Shown here piece by piece: positions 6,880 to 13,082 of a stretch of DNA of 13,082 nt. The stretch's first letter is position 1. Each line of letters starts with the position of its first letter. The stretch is taken from positions 1 to 13,082 of the forward strand of contig NW_021826350.1 of NCBI RefSeq assembly GCF_006345805.1, read 5' to 3'. Below the pieces are notes generated by a model. The model was not told where the DNA came from. It searched no databases and was given only the letters and a program-made list of their open reading frames with translations. The position numbers were made by a program, and so were the translations under genes. Source of the DNA: Octopus sinensis. Lineage: Eukaryota.

Positions 6880-7267
6880 CATCATCATCATTGTTCGACT
6901 GTGGTCAAGACAATGGAACTTACTATGTTACGCCAGACTTCACGGTCCATCATAGCATTACGGAGATCCTGTTGCTGGATGCCTGTATCCCTGGAGATTA
7001 GATCAGGGTAGGAGAGTGTGCGCCCTCTGGTATCGCAAGTAGATGGCTTCCAGAGGAGAAGGGTAGAAATTACCTCGTTTTCAGCACTACAACAATGTCC
7101 AGCAAACTGGACTCTCCTACCTTTCACAAGAGATGATACAGGTGGTCGTTTTCCATATATTTGTATTTTGATTGGATGACACTTCCATGAGAGATTTTGA
7201 GCTCTCATAAGGAGGCGAGTGTAAGTTCCATCCAACCGCCTCTCAAGCTTCTTTGATAACGTCCAGA
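6880..7267 (-). mobile_element. RTE-clade LINE, 5'-truncated 3' fragment with (TGA)n tail and 10-bp TSD
   Basis: Uninterrupted frame WTLSKKLERRLDGTYTRLLMRAQNLSW...RRVQFAGHC...GRTLSYPD...AMMDREVW resembles the RTE ORF2 C-terminus; TSD cttgattcat at 6870-6879 and 7268-7277. Confidence 0.9.
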
Positions 7268-7667
7268 CTTGATTCATAGCATGAAGATCAAAATGGTACT
7301 AGTGTTTGTTGTGTCGCAAATGGAAAAGTTCACCAGCTATATCCTAGGTAACATCAATATTTGTACAGTCTAAGAAGATCACCTTATTGAGAACAGTCCA
7401 CATATTGTTTGAGAGTATTGTCAGTCAGGTGATTTTTTAAAAAAATATTTTTCCTATTAATGCCTCAGGCCCATAGTTTTGAGACCCTCCCTACAGGATA
7501 TAAAACAAGAAACACAAAAGGAACAACAGCTAATAATAATAATGATATGTCTAAAGAAGGAACAATATAATTATAGAGCTGGCCTGGGAACTTCAGTCCT
7601 CTGTTATTTCATGAGCAGACAAGTTTCAGCAAGATTTAGTTCTCAAATTATGCTTTTTTTTATTACT

Positions 7668-7738
7668 GCCACAACCAACACCACTACCAACACTACTACT
7701 ACTACTACCACCATTATCATCACCATCATCATCATCAT
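7668..7738. repeat. Compound (ACC)/(ACT)/(ATC) trinucleotide repeat
   Basis: Direct reading. Confidence 0.9.
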
Positions 7739-7866
7739 GAGCTTTTATTTCTACAACTGTTGTGTGTGTGAGCTACCCCACCTTCTCGTTCTAATTTATT
7801 GTTTAACTGAAACTTAATCTTGAAGGACATCTAGTATTTCCACATCAGATCATTGTTGTTTGTGGG

Positions 7867-7925
7867 TTTTATTTTATTTTTTTATTATTTTTATTTATTT
7901 ATTTATTTGTTTGCTTGTTTGTTTG
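7867..7925. repeat. (TTTA)n-(TTTG)n microsatellite
   Basis: Direct reading. Confidence 0.9.
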
Positions 7926-8126
7926 TGCTGTGTTAAGAGTTCTGTATGATGTAAAAGAAATTTGTGGTGGGGTTTTGTTGTGTGGGTAATAGATGCCTCT
8001 CTTATAAGAAATTAGCAAGTGCAAGTTTGAGAGGATTGTAATGTTTGGTCACTTGACATGCTTGGAAACAGCTGCTAAATTTCCCTCAAATTACTGGTTT
8101 CCCCGTCTTAAAATAGGACGGTCACA

Positions 8127-8830
8127 TTCATCATCATCATCATCGTTTAACGTCCGCTTTCAATGCTAGCATGGGTTGGACGATTTTGACTGAGGACTGG
8201 CGAACCAGATGGCTGCACCAGGCTCAAATCTGATCTGGCAGAGTTTCTACAGCTGGATGCCCTTCCTAACGCCAACCACTCCGAGAGTGTAGTGGGTGCT
8301 TTTTACGTGCCACTGGCACGAGGGTCAGTCTGGCGGCACTGGCAATGGCCACGCTTGAAAATGGTGTTTTTTACGTGCCACCTGCAGAGGAGTCAGTCCA
8401 GCAGCACTGGCAACGACCTTGCTCGAATGTTTTGTTCACGTGCCACCGGCACAAGTGCCAGTGAGGTGATGCTGACAACAATCACACTCAAATGGTGCTC
8501 TTTATGTGCCAGACAGCTGCTCTGGCAGTGATCCCGCTTGGATGGAGCTGTTAGCGCTCCACTGGCATGGGTGTCAGTCATCGAATTTGGTTCAGTTTCG
8601 ATTTCACCTGCCCCAACAGGTCTTCAAAAGCAGAGTTTAGTGTCCAATGAAGGGAGGTTGGCATGGGTGCCAGTTGACGAATTTGGTTCGATTTCGAATT
8701 CAATTTTGATTTCACTTGCCTAAACAGGTCTTCGCAAGCAGAGTTTTGTGTCCAAAGAAGGAAAGGTATGCATAAGTGGGCTGGCTACATCCTGGTAAAG
8801 GCCATGGGTTATGGTCTCACTTGTCCTGCA
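8127..8830 (-). mobile_element. (GAT)n-tailed retroposon, family C, with internal tandem arrays (no pol III head seen)
   Basis: 8127-8310 is the reverse complement of ~9615-9790; ~65-nt units start at 8295, 8363, 8429, 8494, 8544; ~100-nt duplication 8563-8658 / 8659-8767. Confidence 0.85.
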
Positions 8831-9327
8831 CAGCATATTTCCAAAGGTCGTTGAATAATTTAATTCTGGATATACAAACAAAAACAGGAAAGGTCATGGA
8901 TGGTTCACCTTTGATTATAAATCTGCTGTATCAGAGCAATGACAGATCTTTATTAGGATAAATAGACATTCTTCATATTGTTACGGTTTTTTGCTTTAAT
9001 TGCTTATACACAAGGAAAGGACCATACTCATGACCCCCTTCAGGGCCTCAAAGCCTGGTGAGAGGGAGTGAGAAAGAGAGAGAGAGACGAAGGTACCTTC
9101 AAATTGAAGATGTGACCTGATTGATTCTAATAGTGAAGACTTCATTAAAGGTACCTAGATACCTGACGCTAATGCTAAACGGGGTGACAAATTAAGCCTA
9201 CCACCTGTTTCTGTCATGGCATGATTTTGGACTCAGAATATCGAGAACTGGAAAATACCACCACAAGGCTTCTCTCTCTTTCTCTCACACACACACCAAT
9301 GTTCTAACAATTCAGCCAACATATAGA

Positions 9328-9390
9328 CTTTATTTATTAACCCTGGAAGGATGACAAAGGGCTAAGCTGACCTTGATGGATTTTGAACTC
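9328..9390 (-). mobile_element. Degenerate family-B-like SINE fragment
   Basis: ttaaccctggaaggatgacaaagggctaagctgaccttgatggattttgaactc aligns with tcgaccccctgaaaggatgaaaggcaaagtcgacctcggcggaatttgaactc (4197-4249). Confidence 0.6.
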
Positions 9391-9790
9391 AAGTGACCCG
9401 CTGTTTTTGAGGAGACCTGTTGAGTCAAGAACGTTAACGTCAAAATAAAAATTAAAATGGAAATTGTAGTTAAGACACCCGTGCCAGTGACACGTAAAAA
9501 GCTCCGTCCGAATGTGGCAGATACTAGCGCCGCCTGATTGGCGTCCGTGTCGGTGACACGTAAAAGCACCAACCGATCATGGACGTTTGCCAGCCTGCTC
9601 TGGCCCCTGTGCCGGTGGCATGTAAAAAAACACCCACTACACCCACGGAGTGGTTGGCATTAGGAAGGGCATCCAGCTGTAGAAACGCTGCCAAATCAGA
9701 CTAGAGCCTGGTGCAGCCTCCATGGCTTACCAGACCCCGGTCGAACCATCCAACCCATGCTAGCATGGAAAACAAATGATGATGATGATG
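9391..9790 (+). mobile_element. Family C retroposon, second copy, (GAT)n tail
   Basis: GGTTGGCATTAGGAAGGGCATCCAGCTGTAGAAAC and CCAACCCATGCTAGCAT match the 8127 copy in reverse; three GTGYCRGTGRCAYGTAAAA units; tail 9777-9790. Confidence 0.85.
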
Positions 9791-9828
9791 ACTGCAAGAA
9801 ACCAGAATCTCTTCACCTTCTACACCAA

Positions 9829-10340
9829 TTATTCTTGAGAGGGTCTTGTGGGCACCTCTTCCTTAGTTGCTATCAGAAACGACTATTATTACACTCTCCT
9901 GCTGTTTTCTCAAGCATGGTCAACTGAAATTGTGGATATTATCCAATCATTTTGTTCCGGGGCTACCCCTAGGTCTCCTGCCAGTAATTCTTTTCTGTGA
10001 CATTTTAATCATGTATCCGTAGTACCAGTGCTGTAGCTCCTCTCAATGCAGAGAGAAGTTCCAGCTTGACCTGGAGATGTCTTGTAATGTCACTCAATAG
10101 ATCCTTCAGAGGAACTCCATTTTGGCCAATTGTATTTGAAATTGTATTCTGTCAGTCATTACCCAGCATTCATGACAATACGTTGGGGATTGGCATAAAA
10201 ACCAAATTGAAGAAAGCAAGTTTGACTTCTATACCAACCTCTCCTCATCTGAAGATCTCATGCTGGAATTGGCACATAACTGCACCAATATCTTTTACTG
10301 TAGCATCCAATTTAGAGTCTCCTGTTTCCCAAGAGGAGAA
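9829..10340 (-). mobile_element. Old RTE-clade LINE 3' fragment (Rex3/Expander-like), pseudogenised
   Basis: Manual minus-strand translation across one frameshift and several stops: AVMCQF...VKLAFFNLVFMP/TYCHECWVMTDRIQFQIQLAKMEFL*RI...WYYGYMIKM...TGRRPRGSPGTK*LDNI, matching the RTE pattern PTLTYGHELWVMTER...AEMSFLRR...WFGH...TGRRPRGRPRTRW. Confidence 0.8.
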
Positions 10341-10760
10341 GCCAAAATGCTGCAGTGTGTTTCATCCACCATGGAATATGATTAATCAATCAATTCATTT
10401 ATTAATTGTTTAATCAATTCATTCGTCCTGTTAATTTGATTTCTACTTCATGTTATGTTGACTGCACCTGGTCAGTTTTGATAAAGCAAACCAATATAAT
10501 GGAAGTAATTAAATCGGTATTTCTAGATCTTTCTGTCATGTCTGTACTGTAGAATAAGGTGTTGCGGGATACCATGTCTTAACAATTTAGCATCCGGAAT
10601 ACTTTGTCTCATGTAATACTTATTTCTTCACATAAATGATGCTTTATCTTCTAGCTACAAAATGTTTATTTTTAGAATGACATTGTAGAGCAGGTGGGAT
10701 AGGTTAGATCTGGCTTCTTTGAATAGGTAGAATATTTGGGCTGGAAAGGTCGGTTGAAAC

Positions 10761-11095
10761 CAGTGGTTTTCAACCAGGTTCCATATAAGATTTTTGGGGG
10801 TCCTTGCAACAGAATGGTAAATTGGGGATACACAATAGTATTTTAGGGGCCCCTGAAAAGAATTTTGCTTTAGATGTATGTATTGATATGTATTGCAAGA
10901 AACAGCTAGGTTTCTTTTCTCTAACATTTTACATAGCTTAACCTGCATGAGTTAATGTGTGAAGAACAAAATAGGAATTTTGAAAAAAAAGGCATGTATA
11001 AAACTAGTTTTTAAACATCAAATGGCTATGGGGTTTCACCAAAGTAAAATAATAAACAAAGGGATCTGTAGATTAAAAATGGTTGAGAACTCCTG
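10761..11095. mobile_element. hAT (Charlie-type) MITE, long variant (335 bp)
   Basis: TIRs CAGTGGTTTTCAACC / GGTTGAGAACTCCTG (12/15); flanking 8-mers gttgaaac (10753-10760) and gtttagac (11096-11103) match 6/8, consistent with an 8-bp hAT TSD. Confidence 0.8.
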
Positions 11096-11626
11096 GTTTA
11101 GACCCATATTGGAGTATGGAATTCAAGCCTCTTCTCCTTATCTCCTCAAAGACATACAGCATCTCGAAGGAGTCCAGAAGCTGGCTACCCGCATGGTTCA
11201 TGGTCTCAAAAGTTTGTCCTACGAAGAAAGGCTGAGGACGCTCGACCTTTATTCTCTTGAAAACGTGCCGCCGTGGTGATCTCTTCTCGCCCACCACATC
11301 ATAAGCGGAAGTGTAACCTCTCGAAAGAGCTGTTCTTCACTCCTGCTCCAGAGCGTCGGCTGCGGGGTCTTCCGTAAAGCTCTACCTGCGACACGATTCA
11401 TCTCAATCGAAGGAGAGGAGCTTTCTCCGTCCGGGTTGGCGGATCCGTGGAACAAGCTGCCAGACGAGATGGTGAAGATGCCGACGACCGCGTTTGTTCA
11501 AAGCCTCCCTGGACCTCAAGTGGCCTGAACTCTTTACATGAACACCACCCTGTACTTACTCCATATCCCCTACATGGCCTTGCTATTTGCTTTTGAGCCA
11601 AATTAACTAACTAACTAACTAACTAA
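11096..11626 (+). mobile_element. CR1-clade LINE, 5'-truncated 3' fragment with (TAAC)n tail
   Basis: RPILEYGIQASSPYLLKDIQHLEGVQKLATRMVHGLKSLSYEERLRTLDLYSLE, then across frameshifts RRGDL...RRLRG...AFSVRV...PWNKLP...WPELFT*, typical of the CR1 ORF2 C-terminus; stop 11539-11541; tail 11604-11626. Confidence 0.92.
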
Positions 11627-11853
11627 ATGCTAGAGAGTTTAAAACAAGGCAACTCTTTGGTTAAGAATTGCACTTCGTAACTTCATGGTTTTGAATGAAT
11701 CCTACTGCACACAATCCTGGAGCATTTGTCTTCTACCAAAGGCTCAAGATGCTAAGTGGAATTTGGTTGGTGGAAACTATGTCAAACAGACCATTCCTGT
11801 TCTTGAGGGTTTTCTTTTAGGCTTAATCTGTCAGTTGAACATCATGACTTTTG

Positions 11854-12089
11854 GAAGGTGGCGAGCTGGCAGAAACGTTAGCGCGCCAGGCGAAATGCTT
11901 AGCGGTATTTCGTCTGTCGCTACATTCTGAGTTCAAATTCCATCAAGGTCGACTTTGCCTTTCATCCTTTCGGGGTCGATTAAATAAGTACCAGTTACGC
12001 ACTGGGTTCGATATAATCGGCTTAATCCATTTGTCTGTCCATTTTTGTCCTCTCTGTGTTTAGCCCCCTGTGGGTAGTAAAGAAATAGG
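11854..12089 (+). mobile_element. tRNA-derived SINE, family B, full length
   Basis: A-box-like TGGCAGAAACG, B box GAGTTCAAATTCC; aligns end to end with the reverse complement of 4081-4324. Confidence 0.92.
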
Positions 12090-12462
12090 AATTTTCAGAT
12101 TTGTGAGGAATTAAGAAAGGGTTGTTGTATTGCTACATGACAAGCTTGGCTTGCCCTGCCTTGGCACTGTTTCGGCTAGGTGGTGTTGAATGGAGTTTGT
12201 TTCTTCCTTGGGGCGACTGTATTTTTATTTGTTAGTGTAGGTAGTTGTGTTTGTGTGTGTAAGGATATGTTAATTTGGACCACTGAGATTTTTGGTCATA
12301 AAAATTAGAGGTGAATATAGATCTTTAGCCAGTGGCTAAGAATGGTGATTTGGCTTTTAATAGGAAGGGAAAAGGGCAAGGGGGAAATCTTATTTATTGA
12401 GAAATGAAATTGAAAGTGTGATAGAATAGAAGTTTTTAAGTATTTTTTGTTTATGAACTAAG

Positions 12463-12839
12463 TTACTCTTTAATCTTTTACTTGTTTCAGTCATTTGACT
12501 GCAGCTATGCTGGAGCACTGCCTTTATAGTCAAGCAAATCGACCCCAGAGCTTATTCTTTGTAAGCCTAGTACTTACTCTTTTACCAAACCACTAAGTTA
12601 CGGGGACGTAAGCACACCAGCATCGGTCGTCAAGCGATGTTGGGGAGACAAACACAAACACGCCAACACATACACACACATACATATATACGACGGGCTT
12701 CTTTCAGTTTCCGTCTGCCAAATCCACTCACAAGGCTTTGGTCGGCCCGAGGCTATAGTAGAAGACACTTGCCCAAGGTGCCATGCAGTGGGACTGAACC
12801 CGGGACCATGTGGTTGGTTAAGCAAGCTACTTACCACAC
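12463..12839 (-). mobile_element. tRNA-derived SINE, family A, truncated within the A box
   Basis: Colinear with 6040-6431; homology stops at ttaccacac (12839), losing the cagccactcc...gcc head. Confidence 0.92.
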
Positions 12840-12900
12840 GTTCATATTGTGAGAGGATATGTTTTGTGGTGGGGTCGCTTTAAGTTGGATGCCTATGTTT

Positions 12901-12925
12901 GCGTGCGTGTGTGTGTGTGTGTGTG
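12901..12925. repeat. (GT)n microsatellite
   Basis: Direct reading. Confidence 0.95.
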
Positions 12926-13082
12926 AATGGTAGGATTAATGTGCACGAGGGTAGGTGAAGTGAGGGGTGGGTTGCTTCATACGGTAGAACTTCTGTGAAC
13001 TAAAACTGCACATGCAAAAAAAAAACATTCCAGAAAATGTCCCTGACGTATATATGCAAAACCACACAACACATGCTGATCC

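Noticed and set aside
7369-7620. Plus-strand exon candidates at 7369-7428 and from 7497 (track ORF 7479..7817)
   Set aside because: Splice sites are incomplete or weak and the peptides are low-complexity, running into trinucleotide repeats.
8104-8120. Small hairpin ccgtc-N8-gacgg
   Set aside because: A 5-bp stem is expected by chance; no supporting context.
8295-8560. CRISPR-like repeat-spacer look of the family C units
   Set aside because: The apparent spacers are homologous to each other, the array sits inside a tailed retroposon present twice, there are no cas genes and the context is eukaryotic.
10959-11097. N-terminal part of the 106-aa ORF as CR1 protein
   Set aside because: It lies inside the hAT MITE; CR1 homology starts only at RPILEY.

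Overview
AT-rich, microsatellite-dense, intron-like eukaryotic DNA, mostly interspersed repeats. The repeat families look to me like those of octopod cephalopods (Octopus); this is recognition from memory, not a database check. No complete gene, rRNA, true tRNA or CRISPR array is present. Contents: (i) three tRNA-headed SINE families, here A (4 copies), B (3 well-preserved copies plus fragments) and D (1 copy with a perfect 13-bp target-site duplication, TSD), and a (GAT)n-tailed retroposon family C (2 inverted copies with internal tandem repeats); (ii) three LINE 3' fragments (two different RTE-clade, one CR1-clade); (iii) one piggyBac-type and two hAT-type MITEs; (iv) three isolated candidate exons (435-525 +, 5687-5778 -, 6665-6691 +) that I cannot join into one gene or name. 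The most unusual feature is two unrelated ~280-300 bp insertions (640-938, 3156-3430) with the same architecture: a 12-13 bp TSD, ~105-bp near-perfect inverted arms, a 51-57 bp unpaired extension on one side, and a centre reading 5-bp stem-loop + GAAA + A/T palindrome. In the first, this centre parses as a variant hammerhead-ribozyme core. I infer fold-back insertions of Penelope-like or retrozyme-type units; ribozyme activity is untested.
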